From the NCBI GenBank assembly GCA_963674705.1, contig OY771506.1, positions 1,376,001 through 1,440,000 on the forward strand: a DNA stretch of 64,000 nucleotides, written 5' to 3'. The notes beneath the pieces are model-generated. The model was not told the DNA's origin, did not search any database, and worked only from the letters and a program-made list of their open reading frames with translations. Source of the DNA: Phycisphaeraceae bacterium. GTDB taxonomy: Bacteria; Planctomycetota; Phycisphaerae; Phycisphaerales; Phycisphaeraceae. The first letter of the stretch is position 1, and each line of letters opens with the position of its first letter. Of this stretch, positions 1 to 9,788 are shown piece by piece. Both the position numbers and the translations under genes were made by a program.

Positions 1-649
1 TGGCACCTTCCTGAACCGCTGCAAACAGCAGATAGTTCACCAGCTTGATGACGGGCGATTCGTTGGCGGAATCTTCACTGCCGTCCGCCAGGTCGGTGAT
101 CTGCTGTTCGACGACGGTCAGGTCTTCCTCGTCAATCTCATCGATGAGATCGTCGATGGCCGCGTCGGTCGTTCCCGTGGTCAGCGCGAGTTGGGTGGTT
201 TGGATGTCTTTCGAGGTCGCCGCGACGATCTGTACTTCGTGGCCAGAGATGCGGTGGACCTCTTCGGCGACAAAGACGTTGGCGGGTTCGGATACCGCGA
301 GTGTGAGTTTGCCGTTGACCAGGAACAGCGGCAGCACGCACTGGCTATCGAGAAAGTCCTGCGGCAGCAGATTCACGACAGCCGGGTCGCACACGCTGGT
401 TTCGAGTTTCACGAACGGGACGCCATACGCCTCCGCCAGCGCCTCCATGACCTGGGCTTCGCTGACGTATTCCAATTCAACAAGCACTTCACCCAGCAGC
501 TTCAGGTTGCCCCGGTCTTTCTGATAGGCGAGGGCCTTTTCGATCTGCTCCTGGCTAACCAAACCCTTGGCGACCAGCAGATCGCCTACACGCACGCGTG
601 GCAGCGTGGCGTTGGCTTGTTCTGCTGATGTCATTTCGGTTTGATCCAT
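1..649 (-). CDS. PilB/GspE-family assembly ATPase, 5' part only (runs off the window edge), with N-terminal MshEN domain
   Basis: Not in ORF track; my translation from ATG 649: MDQTEMTSAEQANATLPRVRVGDLLVAKGLVSQEQIEKALAYQK...SPVIKLVNYLLFAAVQEGA, the typical lead-in to the ASDIH motif; last visible gene of the pil cluster. Confidence 0.85.
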   Translation of the reverse strand, partial: MDQTEMTSAEQANATLPRVRVGDLLVAKGLVSQEQIEKALAYQKDRGNLKLLGEVLVELEYVSEAQVMEALAEAYGVPFVKLETSVCDPAVVNLLPQDFLDSQCVLPLFLVNGKLTLAVSEPANVFVAEEVHRISGHEVQIVAATSKDIQTTQLALTTGTTDAAIDDLIDEIDEEDLTVVEQQITDLADGSEDSANESPVIKLVNYLLFAAVQEGA

Positions 650-665
650 TTGGGCACTATCTCTG

Positions 666-1004
666 TTATGCTTTCAGACTCTCGATCGCCTGCTGGACGG
701 ATTCACACGCCTTGATCGTTTCGTCCAGACGGGTAATCCTCAGGATCGTGCTGACGTTCTTCTGGCAAGCGGCGAGCCTGATCTGTCCCAACTTCTCCAG
801 ACATTGATCCTGAAGCCAAAGCAACGACTCAAGCCCCTGTGAATCCACAAAGTGCACCTGCGACATATCCAGCACGAAGTCGCATGCCTTGTCGTCCATC
901 TGCTCCAGGACCTTCTTGCGGAAGTCATCCACCTCTTCGGAGGTCAACTCGCCGCGAAGCGTGAGCGTTGCATATTGTTCTTTGTTTTCACAGATGATTT
1001 TCAT
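666..1004 (-). CDS. STAS-domain anti-sigma-factor antagonist
   Basis: LRGEL...VLDMSQVHFVDSQGL motif (DSxG phosphoacceptor serine), 112 aa. Confidence 0.85.
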   Translation of the reverse strand: MKIICENKEQYATLTLRGELTSEEVDDFRKKVLEQMDDKACDFVLDMSQVHFVDSQGLESLLWLQDQCLEKLGQIRLAACQKNVSTILRITRLDETIKACESVQQAIESLKA

Positions 1005-2683
1005 GGCACTTCAGGAGAGCTAACCAGTTCTTCCTTCTCTTGCTTGTTTATCCGGTTCTTGTGCTGCTCGATCATTTCCTGGTACGCACTGAAGTCCAGG
1101 CCCACGAAGATGTCCGCCAGGTCGGGGTCGAACTGCTTGCCGCTGCATCGACGCACCTCATCCAGCACCTTGTGCATGGGCATGGCGTTGCGATACGTGC
1201 GGTCGCTGCTCATTGCGTCGAAAGCGTCGGCCAGGGCAAGCACGCGGCCGAACAGCGGGATATCTCGCCCGGCCAGACCGTGCGGGTAGCCGCCGCCGTC
1301 CCACGCCTCGTGGTGGTAGAGCACGCCGGGGATCAGGTCTTCCATCTGCCGGATGCCTTCGAGGATCCTGGCGCCGATTTCCGGATGCTTCTTGATCAGG
1401 TCGAACTCTTCCTTGGTCAGTCGGCCGGGCTTGGTCAGCACCGCCTCGGGCACGCCGATCTTACCGACGTCGTGGACCAGGCCGCTGAGATAGATGCGTT
1501 CTACGGTGTGGTCGTCGAGTCCCGCCGCTTTAGCCAGTTGCTTGCCGACCAGTGCGACGCGTTCGCTGTGGCCGTGTGTGTACGAATCCTTGGCGTCGAT
1601 GGTTGTGCTCAGGGCGTGTAGTGTCCCGAGAAACATCGAGTGCATGTCATCGTAGAGCAGCACGTTCTTGAGATAGATGCTCAGGCTGCTACCCAGTGAT
1701 GCGCATAGCTTGGAGTCGACCGTGCTCAGGCCCGAGCCGGGATCGATCTTGTCCGCGCCGTAGAGCAGGCCGAGGGGTTGCCCTTCAATATGCAGCGGCG
1801 TCAGCAGCAGGCTGTGCGCTACCCGATCCATACCATCGATTCCGAGCACGCGCGCATCATCGAGGATGACCGGTTCGATGCGGTCGTGCATGCGTTCGAT
1901 GAGCTTCGGCCCGAGTCTGCGGACATCATCGGCGTTGATTCTGGATTGATTATCAACGCACACCGGGACCTTAAGGTTAGCAAAGCCGTGCTCGGTCGGT
2001 GAAGGTTGGATCGCCAGCCATCGCAGCCCCACCACCTCACGCATCTCATGGCAGGCCTGCTCCAGGAAAGCCTGGGGCGGGTGGTCAACCACCATCGACA
2101 TCGACAGCTTGTACAGCAGGCTCAGTTCTTCGTATGTCCCGGCAAGCTCCCAGCTCAGGTCATGCAACTCGTGCAGACGCCAACCCAGATCGGCGGCATC
2201 GCGGTCCATCCATGTGATGACCTGCGCCAAACGTTCGGCTTCCATGTTGCTGAAGAGCACTTCCTGATCGAAGCGGGCGACGGCGGCTTGTAGATCAATG
2301 CCCACGGCGTCGCATATCCTGCTGAACTGTTCGCTGTGCAGCAGGTCCTGGCTGAGCAGGGCCGCTGCGATCACGGTTGTATCGTTTGATGTGGGCTTGA
2401 ACGTTGCGATCCCCTGATTGGGGCCGATGGGTACGAGAGTCAGCCCGGGCCAGATCACCGTGGGGTGGCCCACGCTGTGGCTGAGTTCCCGCAGCTTGGC
2501 GCGTGTGATATTGGTGAAGATCTGCGAGCCGAAGATCAACTCGTGTTCGCGACGACGCGGGCCGATCAATTCACATTCGCCGCTGGGTTTAAGCAACACG
2601 ACAACCACCCCCAGTTCCGAAAGCCGCTGCCGCAGCCGGCCGGAGATGGTACTGCTGTCGAGTTGTCCCGCGGCGATGGTCAT
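1001..2683 (-). CDS. GAF + HD-GYP phosphohydrolase (putative c-di-GMP phosphodiesterase)
   Basis: KDSYTHGHSERV, HDVGKIG, HHEAWDGGGYPHGL, ADAFDAM motifs. Confidence 0.9.
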   Translation of the reverse strand: MTIAAGQLDSSTISGRLRQRLSELGVVVVLLKPSGECELIGPRRREHELIFGSQIFTNITRAKLRELSHSVGHPTVIWPGLTLVPIGPNQGIATFKPTSNDTTVIAAALLSQDLLHSEQFSRICDAVGIDLQAAVARFDQEVLFSNMEAERLAQVITWMDRDAADLGWRLHELHDLSWELAGTYEELSLLYKLSMSMVVDHPPQAFLEQACHEMREVVGLRWLAIQPSPTEHGFANLKVPVCVDNQSRINADDVRRLGPKLIERMHDRIEPVILDDARVLGIDGMDRVAHSLLLTPLHIEGQPLGLLYGADKIDPGSGLSTVDSKLCASLGSSLSIYLKNVLLYDDMHSMFLGTLHALSTTIDAKDSYTHGHSERVALVGKQLAKAAGLDDHTVERIYLSGLVHDVGKIGVPEAVLTKPGRLTKEEFDLIKKHPEIGARILEGIRQMEDLIPGVLYHHEAWDGGGYPHGLAGRDIPLFGRVLALADAFDAMSSDRTYRNAMPMHKVLDEVRRCSGKQFDPDLADIFVGLDFSAYQEMIEQHKNRINKQEKEELVSSPEVP

Positions 2684-3078
2684 GACGCCTTGGTGTCCTC
2701 CACGTCCGGTTCGATATTCAACAGTGCATTGACTTTGTCGAGTACTTCACGCGGGCTGAACGGTTTGCAGATCGTTGCTTTAATATTCTCAACGTTGCCA
2801 TCAGGTATGTTGTGGCTCAGTCCTGTCAGCATGATCACGGGGACATGTTGTGTCCGTTCATCCAGTAGCAGCAATTCACTCAACGCCCTGCCGTCGAGCA
2901 AAGGCATGCGGTAGTCGGTGATCACCAGGTCCGGCGCTTCTTCCTGGGCGCAATTGATCGCCTCTCGGCCATCGGTAGCGCAGTGCACGCGGAATCCGGC
3001 GCTGCGTAATTTGAGCGACAGCACATTGACGACGTGGGTTTCGTCATCGACCAACAAAATCAGTGGCGGCTTAATCAT
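2680..3078 (-). CDS. Single-domain (CheY-like) response regulator
   Basis: LLVDDE, DLVITDYRMP, KPF motifs; ATG 3078 preceded by GGAGGAGG. Confidence 0.85.
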   Translation of the reverse strand: MIKPPLILLVDDETHVVNVLSLKLRSAGFRVHCATDGREAINCAQEEAPDLVITDYRMPLLDGRALSELLLLDERTQHVPVIMLTGLSHNIPDGNVENIKATICKPFSPREVLDKVNALLNIEPDVEDTKAS

Positions 3079-3183
3079 GCCTCCTCCCTGAACTCCTGGC
3101 ACCGAGATGCCGGCCCTGTGCTCGGCGTTTCGGTGTTTGCGGTAACAGCACCGCGGCTGGACCAGCGCGTTGATCCAGTATTG

Positions 3184-3211
3184 ACATCGGCTTAATGCGT
3201 CATTCGGTTGA
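3184..3211 (-). promoter_or_regulatory. Putative sigma-28 (FliA/WhiG)-type promoter
   Basis: TCAA-N16-GCCGATGT on the minus strand, between a terminator and the receiver gene. Confidence 0.4.
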
Positions 3212-3269
3212 TGTGCATTGAACGGACGGATTCGGATATGTCGGTTACGAAGGTTTGTAGGGATTACGC

Positions 3270-3296
3270 AAAAAAACCCGGCACTTGTGCCGGGTT
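3270..3296 (-). terminator. Intrinsic terminator after the TPR gene
   Basis: AACCCGGCAC-AA-GTGCCGGGTT hairpin followed by a T-run on the minus strand. Confidence 0.75.
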
Positions 3297-3321
3297 CTGT
3301 GCTGGTTATCGGCTGATGTGG

Positions 3322-4539
3322 TTAGCCGTTGTCGGTGGTTACGGCCGAGAGCAGCTTGCGTGCCCTGACGTCATCGGGTTGGCGCTTGAGGGCTTCTTTG
3401 TAGGCCTCGACCGCGGCTGCGTCGCGGCCGGCCTTCTGGAGGCTCAGGCCACGCAGGATCAACGGCTCGGTGCTTGTCGGGGCCGCCTGGGCCGCACGGT
3501 CGAACATCTGCAGGGCGTTGTTCAGGTTGCCCCGCTTCTGCCAGACCATCCCGGCGAGCAGATAACCTTCGTACCGGTCGGGCGACAGGTTCATCACCTT
3601 GCTCGCCGCCTGAAGCGCACCGCCAAGGTCATCCTGCTGGTAGCAGACTTCTCCGAGCCTGATCCAATCGGTGGCCGTGCCCTGCGGGCTGCGGGCCAGT
3701 TCCAGCAGGATGCTGCGGGCTTCTTTCTCCCTCTTGATATGCAGGTAAGAGGTTGCGAGTTCCCGCTTGATATCGGCCCGGTCTTTGTTTTCCGGGACTT
3801 CAAGTAATTCACTAAGGATCTTCGCCGCTTCGGCATGCTTGCCAGAGTCCTGCAGCGAAGTTGCTAGTTGCTGTTTGAGCTTGCTGTCACCGGGATCAAG
3901 CAGTGACGCTTGGTAGAAGTATTCAGCCGCTTTGTCGGGGCGGCTTTTCAGCAGGTAGAGTTGGCCAATCGCTGCGCGTACACCCGCGTTCTGATCGAAG
4001 TATTGCATTTTGCTTTCCAGCAATGCAATTGCTTCATCGACACGGCCCAACTCGACCATGCCTTCGGCAACGGGCAGCAGGTAAGAGGCGTTGTCCGGTT
4101 CTTTCTCGTAGGCTTTCTGGTAGAACTCCAGCGAGCTTTCGTACCGCTGCCAGCGCTGCAAGACCAGGCCCTGGTAGTAGTACGGCTCTGGGTTCTCCGG
4201 CTGCAGTTCGATTGCCGCATTGAACAGGTGGTAAGCCCGTTCGAGCTTGCCGCGTTCGATGGCGATGCGCCCGGCAAGCACGTGCAAGCCGGCGTGCGTC
4301 GGATCGATCGACAGCCCGTCCTTGCACGACTTCTCAGCCTGCGTCAGGTCCCCGGTTTTGAACTGCTGCTTGGCCATGTCCAGCATCATCGAGCTGCGCA
4401 ATTCAAGCCAGCGGTTCTTGGCGTCGGCCTTCTCTTCTTTCAAGGCGCTGCCGGGCTTGCAACCAACAAGCAGCAGCGGCGCGATAAGCGCCGCTGCTGT
4501 GAGGGTGATAACTTTACCATGCTTCATGGTGCGTTTCAT
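3322..4539 (-). CDS. TPR lipoprotein (possible pilotin, PilF/PilW-like)
   Basis: Lipobox LLVGC, multiple TPR repeats, directly downstream of the secretin. Confidence 0.7.
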   Translation of the reverse strand: MKRTMKHGKVITLTAAALIAPLLLVGCKPGSALKEEKADAKNRWLELRSSMMLDMAKQQFKTGDLTQAEKSCKDGLSIDPTHAGLHVLAGRIAIERGKLERAYHLFNAAIELQPENPEPYYYQGLVLQRWQRYESSLEFYQKAYEKEPDNASYLLPVAEGMVELGRVDEAIALLESKMQYFDQNAGVRAAIGQLYLLKSRPDKAAEYFYQASLLDPGDSKLKQQLATSLQDSGKHAEAAKILSELLEVPENKDRADIKRELATSYLHIKREKEARSILLELARSPQGTATDWIRLGEVCYQQDDLGGALQAASKVMNLSPDRYEGYLLAGMVWQKRGNLNNALQMFDRAAQAAPTSTEPLILRGLSLQKAGRDAAAVEAYKEALKRQPDDVRARKLLSAVTTDNG

Positions 4540-4574
4540 CTCTTTCCTTTTCACGTAAAGGTTATTGAGCCGGA

Positions 4575-6854
4575 TTACTCGTTCACCTCTTCGCTATCAA
4601 CGCTGCTGACAGCGGCTTCACTTTCACTGTTCGATTCTTCGCTGTTGCTGAGTGTCTTCTCGACAAACTCGAAGATGTTGATTGGCTGTTCCTGTTCGGC
4701 TTGCTCCTGTTCTTCGACGAAGAACTCATCGGGGTCGTAAACCTCGACCGAAGCCGTTTCGTCCAGCGAGCTATCGAGGTCGTCCAATTGACTGAATTCC
4801 TGATCGACTTCACTGCTCTGCCAGTTGTCAGTCGCCGCGGATTCTTCAGTGGTCAGCTCGACGCGCCAAGGCGATTCAACCGACTGGCTGTCTTGGGGCT
4901 GCTGTTCGGCGGAAGCCGATTCGTTCCAGTCCGCAGCAGGCTCGACGAACTCGACGTTCGATTCAGTCTGAGCGCTGGGCTGATTCCATTCGCTGGTTCC
5001 TTCGATATCCAGGCTCAGATCGATGGCTTCGCTGTCGTTGCTAGACGTCTGATCTTGGGTATCTGTCCAATCGTCGGCATCGACGGAGATCTCAGCATTG
5101 ATCACGGAGTCCACAGCGTTCTTCAACATGCTGCGTTCATAGAAGTAGTTCTTCTCGCCGGTGATCTGGGCCTTGAGCTGCAGGGCGTCGGCCATGGTCG
5201 GGTCGAGGTAAAGGGCCTTATCCAGTTCGTACAGGGCCTTGTCCTTGTCGCCGTCCTTCATGGATTCGATGGCGTTGGTCATGTACTTGCTGGTCAGCTT
5301 CGAGCGCGACCAGGGCAGCAGACCGGTGCGTGTGCCGGTGCGTGTAGACTCAATGTCGTCGCTTATGCTGTTGGCCATCTGGGTCAGGTCCTCGTCGCGC
5401 TGGACGGTGGGCTTGATCATGAAGATGACTTCGCTGCGAGTGATGTCGTCATCCTGGCCCTTGAAGGCGGGACCGACCAGCGGCAGATTGCCCAGGCCGG
5501 GGACGGCGGTACGGCCGATGGTGGTGTCTTCTTTGAACAGGCCGCCGAGTACGACGGTCTGGCCGGACTTGACGATGACGTTGGAGACCAGTTCCTGCGT
5601 CGTGGTGTCAGGGATGACGAAGCCGCCGACCAGGCTGGTGCTGCCGTCAGACACGCTGGGGCGCAGTTCCATGCGGACGAAGTTGTCGTCGCTGATGAAC
5701 GGACGCAGCGTCAGTTGTGTACCAACGTCGAGGAATTCAACGGTCTGCGTGTTAGACGTTTCGGTTGCGGTGGTGGACAGGTAACCCAGTTTTTCACCAA
5801 CGAGCAGGTTGACGCTCTGACGGTTGAGTACGAGTACCTGTGGCTTGGCCAGCACGGTCGTGTCGGTGACCGAGTCCAGTGCACGTACGAAGACGGCGGC
5901 ATCGGAACCGAGTACGCCAAACTTCACGCTGCTCTGGCCTGTTTCTACGCTGCCCGGTGTGCTGCTGATGGCGCTACCGGAGTTATAGTCACCGTTCGGG
6001 CCCGAACCAGTGATCAGGTCGTCCACCGCGCCAAGCGGGGAGGTGAAGTCGGTCAGGTTCAGGTCCGCGAAGACGGCGAAGTCGACGCCGAACGCGTTGG
6101 CTTCGGTCAAGCGAGCCTGAAGGATGGTGGCTTCGACCAGGACCTGCTTCGGCCGGGTGTCCAGCTTCTTGATGATGCCAAGAATTTCTTCAACGTTCTC
6201 AGGATAGTCGCGGATGACCATGCGGTCCTGGTGGGCGGACGAGTTAGCGCCGCCGTTCGAGATCGAGGGCTCGAAGCCGTCTTCGACCTCGCCGGACAAC
6301 GCGATCGAACCCGCACCGGAAAGCGACGGGCTGGCAAACGCCGAAGCGTCCGCGGCGTTGATGTAGTTGAGCGTGACAATTTCAGTTACCAGTTGACGGT
6401 CTTCATCTTCGAGCTGAGCGATTTCTTCCGCCGTGTAGACGTAGATGAACTGGCCCTTTTCCTGGTAGCCGAAGCCGTTGGTGTGGAGGATGGCGTCTAG
6501 CGCCTCGTAGAAGTCCACGCCGTAGAGGTCGGCCGAGACGGTGCCAGCGACGTTGCGACTGGCGATGATGTTGCGTTGGCTCTGGATGCTCAGCAGTTGC
6601 AGAACTTTGGTGAGATCCAGGTCCTTGACGTGCAGGTCTATCTGGCCGAACGATCCGACCTCAACCTGTTGGCCCTGGGGCAGGGCTTCGTCTTCCGAGG
6701 CGGTTTCGAAAAGCGCCGGTGTGCCATCAGGCGGGATCGGTTCGCCGGGGACTACCCCGCTCGCCCCATCTGCGCCCAGCGCCGAGCTGTTACAGATGCA
6801 CCCTACGGAGCAAAAAAAAACGCCCAACCAATACTTCGTGTTTCCGGTAACCAT
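4575..6854 (-). CDS. Secretin (PilQ/GspD family) with TPR-like helix pair and acidic C-terminal tail
   Basis: LDTRPKQVLVEATI, VKSGQTVVLGGL, VPGLGNLPLVGPAFK, RSEVIFMIKP; start placed at the ATG behind GAAGGAG. Confidence 0.9.
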   Translation of the reverse strand: MVTGNTKYWLGVFFCSVGCICNSSALGADGASGVVPGEPIPPDGTPALFETASEDEALPQGQQVEVGSFGQIDLHVKDLDLTKVLQLLSIQSQRNIIASRNVAGTVSADLYGVDFYEALDAILHTNGFGYQEKGQFIYVYTAEEIAQLEDEDRQLVTEIVTLNYINAADASAFASPSLSGAGSIALSGEVEDGFEPSISNGGANSSAHQDRMVIRDYPENVEEILGIIKKLDTRPKQVLVEATILQARLTEANAFGVDFAVFADLNLTDFTSPLGAVDDLITGSGPNGDYNSGSAISSTPGSVETGQSSVKFGVLGSDAAVFVRALDSVTDTTVLAKPQVLVLNRQSVNLLVGEKLGYLSTTATETSNTQTVEFLDVGTQLTLRPFISDDNFVRMELRPSVSDGSTSLVGGFVIPDTTTQELVSNVIVKSGQTVVLGGLFKEDTTIGRTAVPGLGNLPLVGPAFKGQDDDITRSEVIFMIKPTVQRDEDLTQMANSISDDIESTRTGTRTGLLPWSRSKLTSKYMTNAIESMKDGDKDKALYELDKALYLDPTMADALQLKAQITGEKNYFYERSMLKNAVDSVINAEISVDADDWTDTQDQTSSNDSEAIDLSLDIEGTSEWNQPSAQTESNVEFVEPAADWNESASAEQQPQDSQSVESPWRVELTTEESAATDNWQSSEVDQEFSQLDDLDSSLDETASVEVYDPDEFFVEEQEQAEQEQPINIFEFVEKTLSNSEESNSESEAAVSSVDSEEVNE

Positions 6855-6891
6855 GCTCGACTCCTTCAAAAGCCTCCGCGGCTTTGGCTCG

Positions 6892-7449
6892 TTACATCCT
6901 GAGCTTGATGAACAGTCCATACTTTGTGAGGATCACGTGTCGGTCCGTGACTTGTACTAGCGTGAATCCTTCATATTCGTCGCCGGGTGCCAACAGGTAC
7001 CCGTTGATGTACGCCCTCGGCTCTGTGCCGGTGACGACGCTTTCAAGCCGTAACTCAGCCGCTTCATTGCGGACGAGTAGCTTTCTGGGGTCTTCATCGG
7101 GTGTAACTTGGGGTGACTTTGCACCTGTTTGTTTGGTTATCGCATCAGGATTCCGTTTGTAACGGCTGGGGTCCATTCCAAACAGGTCTCGGCCCGGATG
7201 ACCCGGCAGGTCCACTTGCACCACAGTTAACGCTTTTGCCGGCTTTGCCGTTTCTGTCGTCTGGTTGTCCGTATCCTGTTCTGCTTTGGCGACATTGGTT
7301 TTCTCGTCGGCCGTGGCGGTACGCGGCACACCCTGCAGGATCAGCCGACCCCACAAGAGCAACCCCAACGCCAGCGCGCAGACCATGATCCCCAGTTTTT
7401 TCTTGTCCGCGGTAATCTGATGGATCAGGTTATCCAAATGATGCTTCAT
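6892..7449 (-). CDS. PilP/GspC-like membrane-anchored pilus assembly protein
   Basis: One TM helix, GRDLF motif, LRLESVV...AYING C-terminus; lies between pilO and the secretin. Confidence 0.55.
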   Translation of the reverse strand: MKHHLDNLIHQITADKKKLGIMVCALALGLLLWGRLILQGVPRTATADEKTNVAKAEQDTDNQTTETAKPAKALTVVQVDLPGHPGRDLFGMDPSRYKRNPDAITKQTGAKSPQVTPDEDPRKLLVRNEAAELRLESVVTGTEPRAYINGYLLAPGDEYEGFTLVQVTDRHVILTKYGLFIKLRM

Positions 7450-7997
7450 GTATCACCCCCGATCCCTTCGGTGGTGTAGAAGGCGCTTAGCTCCATGTTC
7501 ACGGTCAGCGGCTGACTCGGATAGCTGTTGTCCGCTTCGACATCTAGACGATCAATCCGCACAACACTCGACAGCTTCTCGATCCGTTCGATCAGGTCGA
7601 AAGCGGTGGCAAACTGCGCATTGAACTGGATCTTGACCGGCAGGATGTTGTAATCCGCGTATTCCTTGGCCTGCACGGTGATGATTTCCTGGCCGGTGAC
7701 GCCCTGGGCGTTGATCAGGCTCGAAAAATCCTTGATGACCCGTGAGATCCCGTCTTCATCCGGGATATATTTGCCACGGCTGTCGAGTTTGGAGCGGCGC
7801 TGCTTGACATCTTCATAGAGACGGACCAGCCCCGCGTTGTCGACGCTGTCGATTCCCAGTTCCGTTCGCGCCTTGTCGATCCGGCGTTGCAGAGACGCAT
7901 CGCGCAGCCCGTATGGCACAAGGACTACACCGACAAACAGCACGAACATCCCGCCGATGATGACCACCGTTTTTACTTTTTCGTTCTTAATCTTCAT
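7446..7997 (-). CDS. pilO: PilO-family protein
   Basis: N-terminal TM, coiled coil, LPVKIQF...IEKLSSVVRIDRL ferredoxin-like pattern; operon position. Confidence 0.7.
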   Translation of the reverse strand: MKIKNEKVKTVVIIGGMFVLFVGVVLVPYGLRDASLQRRIDKARTELGIDSVDNAGLVRLYEDVKQRRSKLDSRGKYIPDEDGISRVIKDFSSLINAQGVTGQEIITVQAKEYADYNILPVKIQFNAQFATAFDLIERIEKLSSVVRIDRLDVEADNSYPSQPLTVNMELSAFYTTEGIGGDT

Positions 7998-8670
7998 CGG
8001 ACACCCCCGCCGTCTGGAAGGTCGGCTCATATTTTCGATCCAACGGGATCTCGGCTCCGATGCTGAACCGACGCAGGATCAATCCGTCCTGTTCGTCGAC
8101 CCGGCTGAAGTGCATCGCAACACTCTCGAACAAGGGGTGATCGTTCATCGCGTTAACCAGATCGGCAACCACAACATCATCCGGTGCGAATCCTTTTACC
8201 TCGATGCTTACGTAATCACGCAGGTCTTCGGGATTGACCGGGACAGCTTTTTTCGTCTTCTTGGTTTTTGTGTCGTTCGGGTCTTCTTTGGGTTTGGGCG
8301 CCGGGCGGTGGGTCTTGACCGTGACATGTGTCAACCCGGTCGAGGGAGGCATCAGCCTGCCAATCACCGCGACAGCCTCTGTGACTTCGATTGATTGATC
8401 CAGTTGCTTCTGGATGTTCTCCTGGTAAATGAGAGCCTTTTTTTCGTCCCGCAGCTTGTCGCGCTCGCTGAGTTTGAGCTTATTGGCGACCAGTTCTGTT
8501 TCCAAGGCGATGGCCCGCTGTGCGAGTTCCATGGACTTCTGGTGCCGGTTGATCCCCCACACCACAAGCGAGATTCCCACTAACAGGATGAGGAACATCC
8601 GGCGATGCTTAAAGTTGCGCACCGCACGCTGTTCGTGGTAAGACTTAGGCAGGAAGTCGATGTTATTCAC
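7987..8670 (-). CDS. pilN: PilN-family protein
   Basis: N-terminal IDFLP (INLLP-like) motif, TM, coiled coil, HPLFESV. Confidence 0.75.
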   Translation of the reverse strand: MNNIDFLPKSYHEQRAVRNFKHRRMFLILLVGISLVVWGINRHQKSMELAQRAIALETELVANKLKLSERDKLRDEKKALIYQENIQKQLDQSIEVTEAVAVIGRLMPPSTGLTHVTVKTHRPAPKPKEDPNDTKTKKTKKAVPVNPEDLRDYVSIEVKGFAPDDVVVADLVNAMNDHPLFESVAMHFSRVDEQDGLILRRFSIGAEIPLDRKYEPTFQTAGVSDED

Positions 8671-9767
8671 GCCGCCCCCCTGCGCTTACGCTTCTTCAGT
8701 AGGTCACTGTCGCGCAAAGCCAGACCGATCGCCACGCCCCACCCGGCCCAGTTGTCCGGCCCACCGACCTCTGAATGCACGGCACTCAGGTCGAGATTCG
8801 ATAGCGGATCATTGGTTGTTGGCTTGAGCCCGACATCTTCACACAGCCGTGCCCACAGCCAGGTGTTGCTCGACTCGCCGCCGACCACCCAAGCCTCTTC
8901 CGGGCGTCGTCCACGGAAGGTCACGCTGTAATAGCGCATGCACAGGCCGATCTCACGCGACAGGTCTTCGACGATCGGCCCCATCGCGGCACTGATCTGT
9001 GATTCGTGAGTTGGATCCATCTGGCTGTTCAGCCATTCACGGCGTGCCTCGGCCGCCGCCGAGGTGGGCAGTTGCAGCTTCGACGCCAACGCCTCATCCA
9101 TGTGGCGGCCACCGATCTCGATGTGCTTGAAGAAGCATATCCGTGATCCGCGCGTCATCAGCACTTTGGTGCCGTTGTAGCCCACGTCGATCACCACACG
9201 AACCGGCAAGTCTTCTTCATCATTGGGCAGCGCCTGTTCGATACAGCGTGCCAATGCATTAGGCACCGCGTCGATCGCCAGCAACTCCAGGTCGCACGAT
9301 CGGAAAGCTTGAATGTGATTCTCTATGAAGTTTCTGGATGCGGCGAGCAGGATCACCTCTTGCCGCTTTTCCTGGCCTTGCAGGACTTCACCGGCGTCGA
9401 TGAATTGCACATCCATCGCCTCGCCGCTGAACTTCAGGCGTTCTGTGGCTTCCCACTGGACAGCCGATGCCAACTCATCGTACGGCATCTTCGGCAGGCG
9501 GATGTTCTTGTAAAGCAGTTTGGCGGCGGGTAAGCAACTGACGACACGGTTACCCCGGAACTGGCTCGATGAAAGCATGTCCCGGATCGCTGTGGCAACC
9601 TCTTCAGTATCGGTTTCGCCGGTTGCCCCGTGTCCGAGTGTGCGCGAAGCGGCAGCTATCGCGATCGCTTGATCCGACTCGCGTCTGAACTGGATCATCC
9701 GAATCGTGTGGTCCCCGACATCCACACCGATCGGGCTGCAACTGGATTTTCTGCCTCCTCCGAACAA
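8667..9767 (-). CDS. pilM: PilM actin-like pilus assembly protein
   Basis: IGVDVG, VIDVG, IGGRHMD, VVGGES, VAIGLALR motifs. Confidence 0.85.
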   Translation of the reverse strand: MFGGGRKSSCSPIGVDVGDHTIRMIQFRRESDQAIAIAAASRTLGHGATGETDTEEVATAIRDMLSSSQFRGNRVVSCLPAAKLLYKNIRLPKMPYDELASAVQWEATERLKFSGEAMDVQFIDAGEVLQGQEKRQEVILLAASRNFIENHIQAFRSCDLELLAIDAVPNALARCIEQALPNDEEDLPVRVVIDVGYNGTKVLMTRGSRICFFKHIEIGGRHMDEALASKLQLPTSAAAEARREWLNSQMDPTHESQISAAMGPIVEDLSREIGLCMRYYSVTFRGRRPEEAWVVGGESSNTWLWARLCEDVGLKPTTNDPLSNLDLSAVHSEVGGPDNWAGWGVAIGLALRDSDLLKKRKRRGAA

Positions 9768-9788
9768 CGCTTCCTCTCTATTCTCTGG

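Noticed and set aside
4701..6500. 599-aa + strand ORF and similar long antisense ORFs (e.g. 13603..14529, 23050..23883, 25061..25939)
   Set aside because: Shadows of well-supported opposite-strand genes in high-GC DNA
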